64,000 bases of DNA from IMG/VR virus record IMGVR_UViG_3300006201_000015, positions 5,840-69,839 of that record. One strand, 5' to 3'. Shown in pieces: positions 19,425-28,895 of the stretch (within the stretch, counting starts at the first letter, position 1; the number at the start of each line of letters is the position of its first letter). A program made the translations under genes and the position numbers. The stretch is from a virus. Under the pieces are notes generated by a model. The model worked only from the letters and a program-made list of their open reading frames with translations. It was not told the origin of the DNA and searched no databases.

Positions 19425-19970
19425 TTAACCCTCCGTTTTCTTTGAATTGAGCTTACTTAAAATGTCGGTTACTAACACATCGTACCCTTCGATATCACCA
19501 CTATAATGCCGACAGGCGACACCGTGGCCTACAAGAAATTCATGAAGATCACGAGAAAGCGCATCACTCTCTGCTTCAGTCTGGAAACGACCAGCACCGT
19601 TATAAGGTTTAGTGCGATTGATAAAGACATTCATAGAGTCGTATGACTCAGAAACCTTTGTGACCAACCGATCGAACTCCTCACCCAGAACAGGATCGTT
19701 GGCGTAGAACGGAGACAGCAGGATGGGGGAGTCAGTAATAACCACATCCACCTTGTCTTGAACGCGACTGATGCGGAAATATTGCTTACCAAAGATGTAC
19801 GCCTGATTCTGGAAAACAGCTTTACTTTCCTCCCACACCTTATCCTTAGCAAATTCCGTTACCAACTCAGCATTGATTCCACGCATTTTCAGCTGAGAAA
19901 AGACATAAGCTGCTCCGGTGGATTTACCCGCTCCAGGAGCGCCATATAAATTAACGATAAGCATTTTCAT
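19425..19970 (-). CDS. P-loop NTPase / putative (deoxy)nucleotide kinase
   Basis: Walker A GAPGAGKST. Start trimmed to MKMLIV. Confidence 0.45.
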   Translation of the reverse strand: MKMLIVNLYGAPGAGKSTGAAYVFSQLKMRGINAELVTEFAKDKVWEESKAVFQNQAYIFGKQYFRISRVQDKVDVVITDSPILLSPFYANDPVLGEEFDRLVTKVSESYDSMNVFINRTKPYNGAGRFQTEAESDALSRDLHEFLVGHGVACRHYSGDIEGYDVLVTDILSKLNSKKTEG

Positions 19971-20338
19971 CACCCTTTCTGTTTTTGTGCTGGCTCTTTT
20001 AGCCATGCAATAAATTCGTCCACCAGCTCCGCTACTCGGCTTTCATCCCACTCCACAAAGTCGTCAAAGCTCATTGTGCCGATAGCAAATGCTTCTTTTA
20101 CCCTGGTCAAATCGAAGATATAACTGTCACCACAACTCGCCCACTGGCAGAAATACTCAATTAAAGTTTCCCGCAGTTTATCCTCTTCCAGAGTTACAAG
20201 TGTTTCCGCATTGGTTTGGGGGTCGAAATCCACACCTACCCTATCCCGATAAACAGAGCAGCGCGATCCTCGATACATAGTGTCACATTCCTTAACAGGG
20301 CAGACTGCACAACCGGTCAAAGGTCTATCTCTTTGCAT
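19970..20338 (-). CDS. hypothetical protein
   Basis: 122-aa ORF. Confidence 0.3.
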   Translation of the reverse strand: MQRDRPLTGCAVCPVKECDTMYRGSRCSVYRDRVGVDFDPQTNAETLVTLEEDKLRETLIEYFCQWASCGDSYIFDLTRVKEAFAIGTMSFDDFVEWDESRVAELVDEFIAWLKEPAQKQKG

Positions 20339-20347
20339 ATTGCTACC

Positions 20348-20671
20348 TCATTCACACCGAACGAAGTGTACGGTATTAAAACGCTGACCAGGGATTTCTT
20401 TCAGTACAATATGGGAAATCCAGCCACCTACATTGAGGCTTTCTACCTCATAAACTTCTCCCTCAGTCAGAAATTGATGCGCCTGTTTGGAATCTCCACT
20501 CATGCCGGCGTCCAGATCAACAGCCCTGACTTTGCAGCCGCGCTCACAATACAAAACATCAGTTTGATCTGCTGCACATTTACTGCACAACCATTTTTGA
20601 CTGTAATCCAGGGTTGCACCGTTCAGCAGTTTCCCGCACTTAGAACAACGAAACTCCAACTTTCCATTCAT
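20348..20671 (-). CDS. zinc-ribbon protein
   Basis: CSKCGK...CSKC...C..C. Confidence 0.3.
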   Translation of the reverse strand: MNGKLEFRCSKCGKLLNGATLDYSQKWLCSKCAADQTDVLYCERGCKVRAVDLDAGMSGDSKQAHQFLTEGEVYEVESLNVGGWISHIVLKEIPGQRFNTVHFVRCE

Positions 20672-20859
20672 TTCAAATCATCCTCCTTGATGTATAAACC
20701 GCAATGACACATACCACTTTCCATTTCACGAAACTCCTTGCACATACATTTCGTATCTTCACTTTTTAGCAGAGAGCACGGACAATAGCCTGAGTTTTCT
20801 TTGAGTTGTCTTCTAATCTCTTTTACATATTTCTGATCAGGATTCAAACGTATTTTCAT
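20668..20859 (-). CDS. small Cys-rich protein
   Basis: 63 aa with 7 Cys. Confidence 0.25.
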   Translation of the reverse strand: MKIRLNPDQKYVKEIRRQLKENSGYCPCSLLKSEDTKCMCKEFREMESGMCHCGLYIKEDDLK

Positions 20860-21338
20860 TATGAAATCCTTTCTGCATATTGGTTGTCACTTGCCAGTGT
20901 TGTTCCCAGTACAGTGTCATACTTCCTGGATTGATTAGGAATGTAACGTCCAAATTTAATGATAACATTCGGAAAGTTAGCTAATGAATTAAGCCATCCT
21001 TTTTCTGTACATTCATCTCTGGTATATCCTGTGTAGATTACAAAATCGTCGCTGCTTTCATTACGAAACCTACATAATAACTCTAACAAAGAATCAAAGG
21101 TGTCCATAGGTTCCATACCACCACAAACAATAGCTTTGCTGATAGGGTTGGAAATATAGCGTTGGATAATGTCTTCGACCCCCACCTTAATTATAGGAGA
21201 ATGGGCAAGGTTGCTGTTCTGGCAACAGCAAACCTTGGCCTCCTTCTCACATTTGAAAGTGCAGTAGGGAAAGATGATAAACATGGACGGTTTTTTGTAA
21301 TTGACGAAATCTTCGTCCACCAATCCTTTAATCAGCAA
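20859..21338 (-). CDS. nrdG: putative anaerobic RNR activating protein-like (non-canonical Cys spacing)
   Basis: Position immediately downstream of nrdD. Cys cluster CTFKCEKEAKVCCC. Confidence 0.4.
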   Translation of the reverse strand: MLIKGLVDEDFVNYKKPSMFIIFPYCTFKCEKEAKVCCCQNSNLAHSPIIKVGVEDIIQRYISNPISKAIVCGGMEPMDTFDSLLELLCRFRNESSDDFVIYTGYTRDECTEKGWLNSLANFPNVIIKFGRYIPNQSRKYDTVLGTTLASDNQYAERIS

Positions 21339-23241
21339 CTTTTTCCCACTCCCTCATCTGATACTCTGCCTTACGTTCCTTAGAATAGGTTGTGATAGGA
21401 ACATAAAATCCTACAATACGGGTGTATTCTGTTGCAACAGGTTCCCCGCATTCAGGACAAACCTTGCCGAAAAATGCGTGGTTGTTTTTACAAACCTGGA
21501 TTTTTGTGTTAAACGCAAAGTAAGTCACACCTTGATCAGCAATGTAGTTAAGCATATCCCATGCTTGCTCGAAGGTGTTGAACGGAGCTTCAATATTGAC
21601 ATGAAGAATACTGCCGCCGTTGCAGAATCCGTCAAACATGGAAGCGATACGAATACGCTCTTGCATAGTGGTCTTAATCCCAAGAGGAATGAATTGATTG
21701 CCATAGAGGGGCAAATCGGTCACGGTGGCATCGGGATAGAAGAAGAGATCCTTCTTCATCAGTTTGGCAGCTGCAGTTTCACCAGGAATTTGTTCACAGT
21801 TGATTTGATAATCAACTGCCTTTGCGAACTCAGCCTTGGTATTGTGAATCACTTCAAAGATTTTTTTGCCAAATCTCTCTGCATTCTCAGTGTAATACGT
21901 ATTGCCAAGAGTATCCTTGCGGACATAGCCAAAGGTTTTCATCGTTTCGTAGATACCGATAAAACCAATGGTGTTGTAAAGATGCTCAAAATCTACAATA
22001 CCAAGAGAGAAGTTACGGAGCAGCCCTTTATCCACGTTTCGTTTGATGATATTTCGGACGCAATCAAGCACTTTTAGATTTAGTACGACCATTTCTTTAA
22101 GTGCTACCAAATACTCGTCCTCTGTTTTATTCTCCAAAGCCAGACGAGCCAAATTGATGGTACTAACTTTAACGGAGCCAACCTTGAGCGCAGTGCCACC
22201 GATAGAGTTAAAGTAACCTAAGTCCTCAATGTTGTTTTTCAAACGGCAGCAGTTAGATAAACTGGTGACAGAATCGTCGATAAATAGATTGCTGTCGTTC
22301 CACTTTATATTGTGAGCACAAGCATATTTAGCAAAATCTTCGTCCACGAACTTTCCGTCAACGCGAAGTAGAGAAATGGAGTTGACAGGAAATGTCATCA
22401 TGTTCTTGGAACGAATCTTTGCCATGGTTTCAAGAAATACTTTCTGGAACTCCATGATCCCGTCAATTTCGTCAATCATAAAAGAACCGTCAGGAAACTC
22501 TGCTCCGCCGAACAGAGCTTCTAAATAAGGTCTGTCGAAGATACTGGTGTTAGTAAATGCAGACTGGATACCACCACGAAGGAACGGCTGGTTTAATGCG
22601 TAAATCAAGCGCTGAATCTCCTGTTGGGCAGCTCGATTGCAGTCTGTATACAGATTTTCGGCGCAATCCTTCTTCCAGAAGTAGTACATATAGGGAATCA
22701 GGTTGGGCAGGCCAACAGCTCCAGAACTACGGTTACACGTCCAGCTAACAAACTCCTTGACAAAATCCACGAATGTTTCAAGATGCTGGGGCGGCTCGGC
22801 GTTGAAGTTTTCAATAAAATACAGCCCACGTTCTGCCAGACTCTTCAAGTCATATGCAAAGCAGTAATGGACAAATGTGGAGGTATTTGCGTCATGAAGG
22901 TACAAATGACCATCCCATTCACAGCGTAACCACTCATTCGCCACTCTGAATCCATACTTTTTGTTGATCTCGTAGTAAATCTTATTGAATGCCAATAGTT
23001 TCTGATGTGGCTTAGGCATTTCGTTGATCAAAGTGACAATATCTTTTTGACCGACATTGGCGTTGCCGTCTACTGAAGCATCAGCCACAGTGTCCGAATC
23101 AATAAAGTTGTCAATAAAGTCGGTATAGCTTAACTGACCGGTAGAGAAGCCGTTGATTTTTGCCATTTCTTCTCCATAGTCATTCTGCATTCTGTTGTAT
23201 GCGTTAATAAAATTCTTTTTTAGCTCGATGTTGATGTTCAT
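21328..23241 (-). CDS. nrdD: anaerobic ribonucleoside-triphosphate reductase (class III RNR)
   Basis: 637 aa. C-terminal zinc ribbon CKNNHAFFGKVCPECG and glycyl-radical motif TRIVGFY. Confidence 0.9.
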   Translation of the reverse strand: MNINIELKKNFINAYNRMQNDYGEEMAKINGFSTGQLSYTDFIDNFIDSDTVADASVDGNANVGQKDIVTLINEMPKPHQKLLAFNKIYYEINKKYGFRVANEWLRCEWDGHLYLHDANTSTFVHYCFAYDLKSLAERGLYFIENFNAEPPQHLETFVDFVKEFVSWTCNRSSGAVGLPNLIPYMYYFWKKDCAENLYTDCNRAAQQEIQRLIYALNQPFLRGGIQSAFTNTSIFDRPYLEALFGGAEFPDGSFMIDEIDGIMEFQKVFLETMAKIRSKNMMTFPVNSISLLRVDGKFVDEDFAKYACAHNIKWNDSNLFIDDSVTSLSNCCRLKNNIEDLGYFNSIGGTALKVGSVKVSTINLARLALENKTEDEYLVALKEMVVLNLKVLDCVRNIIKRNVDKGLLRNFSLGIVDFEHLYNTIGFIGIYETMKTFGYVRKDTLGNTYYTENAERFGKKIFEVIHNTKAEFAKAVDYQINCEQIPGETAAAKLMKKDLFFYPDATVTDLPLYGNQFIPLGIKTTMQERIRIASMFDGFCNGGSILHVNIEAPFNTFEQAWDMLNYIADQGVTYFAFNTKIQVCKNNHAFFGKVCPECGEPVATEYTRIVGFYVPITTYSKERKAEYQMREWEKVAD

Positions 23242-23447
23242 TCTGCACTCTCCTGTTTATTAACCCAGTCATTTGCATCCGCAAACTCAAGGAGCCTACT
23301 TCCAATTTTTAGAACTGGCACCTGAGTAATCCCAAGTCCCAACATCTCCTCGACAGAGTTATTTTCTTGGTAAACGATTCCTTTTTGCTCCAATTTCTTT
23401 TTCAGAATCGAGCACTTCGGGCATCCTGTTGAAAAAAGAACAATCAT
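23238..23447 (-). CDS. nrdH: NrdH-like glutaredoxin
   Basis: CPKC redox motif at the N-terminus. 69 aa thioredoxin fold. Confidence 0.6.
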   Translation of the reverse strand: MIVLFSTGCPKCSILKKKLEQKGIVYQENNSVEEMLGLGITQVPVLKIGSRLLEFADANDWVNKQESAE

Positions 23448-24541
23448 TCAATCTTCCTTCTTTCTGCATACTGCTGTACTAAGGCGTCAACATCATCCCA
23501 TGTTTCCGCACGATGAATGTCGTATTTCTCCACATCCAGACCACAATTATGCGGACGGTTAAACAGGATTTTGAAGTAGTCGCCGTTGACAAGATTGTGG
23601 ATACCGTCGTCGATCAGAATGTCGCCATGCACCATCTGCTTATTTGAGGCCAAGATGATATGCTCCCAATCGAGGAACGGGAACATCTGCAAAATTCGTT
23701 CTACTTTTACCTTGCAAGTGCGGTAGTCTGAGGCAGTCACCATATAAAGCTGGTGTCCTTGGTCATACCATTTCTGGAGAACACACTGGCTACCAGGCAT
23801 AGGTTCCAGTCTGTGCCACAGTTCATCGTCCAACAAAACGCCAAATACTTGCTGTTTTGTCAGAGTGGGGAATGCTATCGTCATATCCCAATCCTTAACA
23901 TCCTCAAAGGCAACCGATGTGCCATACCGCTCATTCAGCAGATCAACCCAGCAGTTCAGCAAATTTTCCGCCACATCATCGGCGTCAAAAAGGATCGTCA
24001 GAGGTGTAGGCGGTGATTCCAATTCTGTGATAAGAATGGCAACCGTAACACGCAGCTTATCCAAATCCTCATCGTTTTGGATGACGTAATCAAAGTGGTA
24101 GTCATCCAACGCTGTTTCAGATTTGTGAGCTTGCTGCTCCGGTGTCAGCGGGGAGACGAAATTGGGACGTACCACCCTCACCAAAACCGTATCAATGCCA
24201 CTGTATTTGAACAACTCGTATTCATTCGGGAAACGGCAGTCAGGCAAAATCACATAGTCCCATTCGTCTTGGAACATGGAAAAGAAGTTGACAATGAAAT
24301 CGGCCCAGTAGTTAGGGGATTTTGCTCGAATCACATCGGTTCCGACATATTGGAGAATGTGCCGACCACGCTCGTCTTTCTGCCCATCCCAACCGAAATA
24401 GGTCTTGCAGATGTATTTGAGGAGGTCTGCAAAATGAGCAATTATGACGTTCTTGCCATTTTTCTCCAACATCTCTTTCAACATAGTGGCGGTAGTGTCC
24501 TTGCCATGCTGCGCTTTGCCGGAAATGCAAATCACTTTCAT
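23444..24541 (-). CDS. fusion of dNMP kinase (N-terminal) and 5'(3')-deoxyribonucleotidase (HAD-like, C-terminal)
   Basis: P-loop SGKAQHGKDT at the N-terminus. C-terminal ILFDADDV DxD motif and a HAD-like end. Confidence 0.55.
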   Translation of the reverse strand: MKVICISGKAQHGKDTTATMLKEMLEKNGKNVIIAHFADLLKYICKTYFGWDGQKDERGRHILQYVGTDVIRAKSPNYWADFIVNFFSMFQDEWDYVILPDCRFPNEYELFKYSGIDTVLVRVVRPNFVSPLTPEQQAHKSETALDDYHFDYVIQNDEDLDKLRVTVAILITELESPPTPLTILFDADDVAENLLNCWVDLLNERYGTSVAFEDVKDWDMTIAFPTLTKQQVFGVLLDDELWHRLEPMPGSQCVLQKWYDQGHQLYMVTASDYRTCKVKVERILQMFPFLDWEHIILASNKQMVHGDILIDDGIHNLVNGDYFKILFNRPHNCGLDVEKYDIHRAETWDDVDALVQQYAERRKIE

Positions 24542-25167
24542 GCGGCCACCTCAATATCATCAAAGAGCACAGGAATCAACCGCTGGAACTCTTGAAGGAG
24601 AGAAATTGCAACCTCACGCATTTGCGGATGCGCTGCCAGCGAAGTCCGGAGCTTAAAGAAATGCCGCCACTCACGGATATTGGCTGTCATAACTACCTCA
24701 GTTTTGAGACTGTTAGGGAGAACACTACGGGCTTCTTGGGGAGAACAGCCGAGATCCAGCATCCTAAAATAGAAGAACTCTGCGTTTTTCATAGCAGACT
24801 CCCATGCTACCCATTGCGGAGTGTCATGCTCCAAGAAACAAGGCTCAATAACAGTAATCTCGTTTCCAAAACCATCCTTAGAGTAGTTGCAGTAACGGGT
24901 ACTTTCCTGGCAATACGCCGCCAGCCGATTACGTACAATCTCATGGGATACGCCACGATCAACGATGAACTTAACTCGAATGGATTCATGCTCCAGCACC
25001 GCCTCATGACCACGCTTGATAATCCCAGCAACAAATTTCTCGGCGCTGCCGTCTGTGATCTTGTCTTCGGATTTGTAGCAGACTCGTCCGGCCTGCTCAA
25101 TGGATTTCAAAATCTCTGCCCCATTGGCAGGCGAAAGGATATGAAATCCCGCTTTGATAATCTTCAT
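24538..25167 (-). CDS. thyX: FAD-dependent thymidylate synthase
   Basis: RGVSHEIVRNRLAAYCQESTRY (ThyX RHR/SQES region) and the C-terminal REWRHFFKLRTS block. Confidence 0.85.
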   Translation of the reverse strand: MKIIKAGFHILSPANGAEILKSIEQAGRVCYKSEDKITDGSAEKFVAGIIKRGHEAVLEHESIRVKFIVDRGVSHEIVRNRLAAYCQESTRYCNYSKDGFGNEITVIEPCFLEHDTPQWVAWESAMKNAEFFYFRMLDLGCSPQEARSVLPNSLKTEVVMTANIREWRHFFKLRTSLAAHPQMREVAISLLQEFQRLIPVLFDDIEVAA

Positions 25168-25181
25168 ACTCGTTCCTCCTT

Positions 25182-25200
25182 GATTTTATTCGTTGCTTTG
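25182..25200 (-). promoter_or_regulatory. conserved leader motif copy 7
   Basis: gattttattcgttgctttg, upstream of thyX. RBS AAGGAGG is contiguous. Confidence 0.5.
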
Positions 25201-25215
25201 ATATATTGAATACGG

Positions 25216-28200
25216 CTAAATTACATAGTCGTAACCAATCAGATACCAGTATCCAGAGCGCTCTTGCCTTACATCGCTGGCGTAGATTACATCAAGACGC
25301 TTCAATGGCCTCTTTTCAAAGAGTCTGCTACGTACCGTCAGTCTGGAGGTTTTACCACTCCCAATAGATCTTGTTTGGAGCGCATATCCCCAGATTTCTT
25401 TACTTGCCTTGCTCTTCAGTGGAAATACTTCCAAAATGATAAGTTTGCGTCGGTCTTCTTTTTTGTCCGTTGTCAAATCAATATAGCCCAGGTTCTCCAT
25501 CTGGTCTTGCATTTTGCTTTTTAGGTCAAAGTCCGGAATGTGCATATCTCTTACCACACCCTCCAGATGGAGAAGCAACCCTGGCATATCTGTAAAAGTG
25601 TAGCTTTTCGCCTCTGCTCCATTTTTTGAAAGTCCAGTAGCATATTGAGCAACGATAGGTTCCAGATTTGGCGTCAACTTCTCTTTGAGGACTTTTTTCA
25701 TAGTGCCATTTTTGAAGAAAGAAAACAGATCTACCATCCGCAATAATTCTTTGGCGTTGCCATATTCGATAAAGTAGTCGATCTTGATTAAGATGTCCCG
25801 CTGCCGCGTATCCAGATGTGTTTTTTCATTCATCAGTTGTAGTAGCTCCATAAAGGATTTGGGTTTTCCAGTCTCAGCCAAAGCATACAACTCGTTGGCA
25901 ACATCTGCATTCATATATTTCACAGAGCTAATCCCCTTGGCAATGACCTTCTCTTCTTTATTGAGTAAGTATTTGTCCTTGGAGAGTCCAAAGCGCGGTG
26001 GAACAATTTTGATCCCGTATAAAAGCGCCAGCTCATTACCGTTTTTTACATCTTCATCGTTGTTGGCGTTGTTAAGGTAGGCTGTGATGAACTCATACGG
26101 ATGGTAGTAGCGCAGATACGCACAGAGATATCCGATCATGCAGTAGCCAACTGAATGGTTATAACCGAACATATAGCTGGAAGCGTCACTGATAATTTGC
26201 AGAAACTCTTTTGCCTCCTGCTCTGCAACTTCTCTTGGCTGAGGGGATTTACTACAATATCCGTTCAGAATGTTGGGCAGTTCCTTCTCCAAGTCCTCTG
26301 GCACCTTCCGAGCAATCATCCTTCGCGTGTTATCTGCATCAGAGCCAGAATAACCACAAATCTGTTGTAGAAACTTGATAACATCCTCTTGGTAGATTAG
26401 ATAGCCATTGTTGTCCGCCAGAAGTTCATCAATAATTGGGGAGGGGTTTTTGTGTGGCTTATGCTGCATAAGATCGTCACGGTAAGAAGCACCAGAAGGA
26501 CGAAGTGCTGCCGTTACAAGACTCATATCAAAAATGCTATGAGGCGCATACTGCTTGAGCATTTGGAAAGCAAAGTCTCCTTCAAACTGGAAGATACCGA
26601 TAGGGGAACGCAACATATCTTTCCAAACTGCCTCATCATCCCAGTTGATTTCGTGAGACTTAGGATAAGGTTTTCCCAGCAGTTCATAGGCATCCTTGAT
26701 GATCTCGATATTCTTCAGCCCTAAGATATCGTACTTGACCAGGCTGACTTCATGCACGCACTCCATGTCAATCTGCAAGATCTCTTTGCCCTCTGAAATG
26801 AAAGTGCCATAATTATCTCGGAGTGTAATAGGACTTGCCACAATGCCGGCAGGGTGCATGGATTGCGAGATTGCCACATCAAGCAGACCGTCATAGTAGT
26901 AAAAGACATCTGAATACTTTTTACGTACTTCAGCAGTCTCATCTCTCATGATTTGTTTAGCTTCTTCTTTACTCTTGCCCTCTGCTAAACTAAGTGCTCG
27001 CTGTTCTGCCGCGCTATATTCATCTTTGATTGTGGCGTTAATTTTGCCAACCCAAGGATTCTTTGCAAATATCCTTTCGTTTTCCTTTTTCAAGTGATCC
27101 AGCTCTTTGATAAGCTGCTGTGCCAGCTGATCGTTTCCTTGTTCTTTAGCCTCTGCGATCTGCTGCTTGATCTCTTTCAAATTGTGTTGGTGCTCTTTGT
27201 TCCACATAACGCCCAAGGCTCGGCATATCTCGTCAATGCACCCTTTAGATTTGATAGTGCCAATAGCAAGGATGAATGCGGTTCGGTCTTGTCCAAACCG
27301 ATTGATAATATAGTCATACACCTGATCGCGCTGAGACGGAGATACGTCGATATCAATATCGCCAATCTCTTTACGATCCTCGTTACAAAAACGACTGAAC
27401 ACCGTATGCCACTTTTCAGGGTTCAAATCGGTTGTGTTGGTAACATAAGCAACACGGGAGCCACCGCACGAACCACGGTTCGGCCCAATCGGAATACCAT
27501 TCTCCTTGCACCACGTCACCATTTCGCCCATGAACAGCATAAAACCTGACATATCAATCTTTTCAAAGACCCGCAACTCCTCCTCAATAGCTTCTCGGAA
27601 TGGCGCTATCTGCTCTGGGGTAATTGCGCCATCAGCAATCTTTGCTTGAAAATTGCGTTCAATCGTTTCATGTAGCACTTGTTTATCACGATCTCCGTAC
27701 AGCGGGGGATATTTGAAAGAGATATCCAATTCAAAGGGTTCTACGGAATCAGCCATGCGATTGGTGTTTTCGATTGCTTCAAGATAGAGTGTTGCAGGAA
27801 TAGCATCCTGTTTGGCAAACATTGCAACCAGCTCATCATAGCTTTTGTAGGTGAGGTCAAAACTGTCCTCGTCTGCAAACTCGATATGTTTCGCCAGCTG
27901 AAGAATGCTCCGACACTCAGCTTTGTATTTGTCAATACTGTGCGTGTCAGTACCAGCAATCAAAGGGATGTTATAGCGCTGGGACAAATCGGCCAAATGG
28001 CGGTTATAAGCGATTTGCTCTGGATGATCATGCGCCTGGATTTCCAAATAGTCATAGTGCCGCAGTAACCGCTCGTACATAGGGTGGGTAATGCTCATCT
28101 TATTGAGCGGAGAAGCAAGACAAGCACTGATTTTGATAACATTATTGGAGAGGCTAAGAAACTCCTCAAACGTAATTCGAGGCTTATAATAGAAGTGATC

Positions 28201-28794
28201 GCTGTGAGTAGAGCGGCTAATCAACTCATTCATTTCCTGTAGACCGGCATAGTTTCGGGCAATTAGGATGGTGTGGAAGTTATCACGAACCTTGTGCATC
28301 CCAGCCTTGGTCAGCTCATCGGTGCGCCAGCTAATATAATTTGCGGTATCGAAAGGCTCTGGTTCTTTGGCTTCATTTTCATGTAGGGCATCCAAATCGT
28401 CACAAAAGCGGTCATAGTACGCTTTACCCTCTGGGTTTTTTTGCAACATCTCAAGGTATGCCTCTAACTTTTTCGGAGCTTCCCGCAGTTCGTCATATTC
28501 CTTCTCACGCTGCCAAACCTCCTCCATAACCTGGCGGCGCACCTCGCTGGGGTCAGGTGGCACCAAAAGCGCTTCCGTCAAATAAACTTCGCAGCCATGA
28601 AGATATTTCAGCCCAGCTTTCTCGCAGGCCATCTTCTTCTCAACCCACTGATAGATATGACCGTGCTCCGTAAATGCAATAGCGGTCTGCCCCAGTTCTA
28701 CCGCACGAGCAATGTAATCTGAATGCTTGGTGGTGCTATCCAACAAGGATAGCTGAGTATGCAGGTGATATACTGTATAGTTTTTGTTTCCCAT
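25216..28794 (-). CDS. dnaE: DNA polymerase III alpha subunit (DnaE-type)
   Basis: PHP domain HLHTQLSLLDSTTK at the N-terminus. ~1190 aa. Start trimmed to MGNKNY, which has an AGGAG site. Confidence 0.9.
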   Translation of the reverse strand: MGNKNYTVYHLHTQLSLLDSTTKHSDYIARAVELGQTAIAFTEHGHIYQWVEKKMACEKAGLKYLHGCEVYLTEALLVPPDPSEVRRQVMEEVWQREKEYDELREAPKKLEAYLEMLQKNPEGKAYYDRFCDDLDALHENEAKEPEPFDTANYISWRTDELTKAGMHKVRDNFHTILIARNYAGLQEMNELISRSTHSDHFYYKPRITFEEFLSLSNNVIKISACLASPLNKMSITHPMYERLLRHYDYLEIQAHDHPEQIAYNRHLADLSQRYNIPLIAGTDTHSIDKYKAECRSILQLAKHIEFADEDSFDLTYKSYDELVAMFAKQDAIPATLYLEAIENTNRMADSVEPFELDISFKYPPLYGDRDKQVLHETIERNFQAKIADGAITPEQIAPFREAIEEELRVFEKIDMSGFMLFMGEMVTWCKENGIPIGPNRGSCGGSRVAYVTNTTDLNPEKWHTVFSRFCNEDRKEIGDIDIDVSPSQRDQVYDYIINRFGQDRTAFILAIGTIKSKGCIDEICRALGVMWNKEHQHNLKEIKQQIAEAKEQGNDQLAQQLIKELDHLKKENERIFAKNPWVGKINATIKDEYSAAEQRALSLAEGKSKEEAKQIMRDETAEVRKKYSDVFYYYDGLLDVAISQSMHPAGIVASPITLRDNYGTFISEGKEILQIDMECVHEVSLVKYDILGLKNIEIIKDAYELLGKPYPKSHEINWDDEAVWKDMLRSPIGIFQFEGDFAFQMLKQYAPHSIFDMSLVTAALRPSGASYRDDLMQHKPHKNPSPIIDELLADNNGYLIYQEDVIKFLQQICGYSGSDADNTRRMIARKVPEDLEKELPNILNGYCSKSPQPREVAEQEAKEFLQIISDASSYMFGYNHSVGYCMIGYLCAYLRYYHPYEFITAYLNNANNDEDVKNGNELALLYGIKIVPPRFGLSKDKYLLNKEEKVIAKGISSVKYMNADVANELYALAETGKPKSFMELLQLMNEKTHLDTRQRDILIKIDYFIEYGNAKELLRMVDLFSFFKNGTMKKVLKEKLTPNLEPIVAQYATGLSKNGAEAKSYTFTDMPGLLLHLEGVVRDMHIPDFDLKSKMQDQMENLGYIDLTTDKKEDRRKLIILEVFPLKSKASKEIWGYALQTRSIGSGKTSRLTVRSRLFEKRPLKRLDVIYASDVRQERSGYWYLIGYDYVI

Positions 28795-28895
28795 TTTGAT
28801 TACTCCTATTTCACGAGCCACAAGCGTATCGTCAACGGGAATCATCATACAATAGATTGGCGATCCCGTTTTTTCGGTACGTGGCTTCGTGCTGA

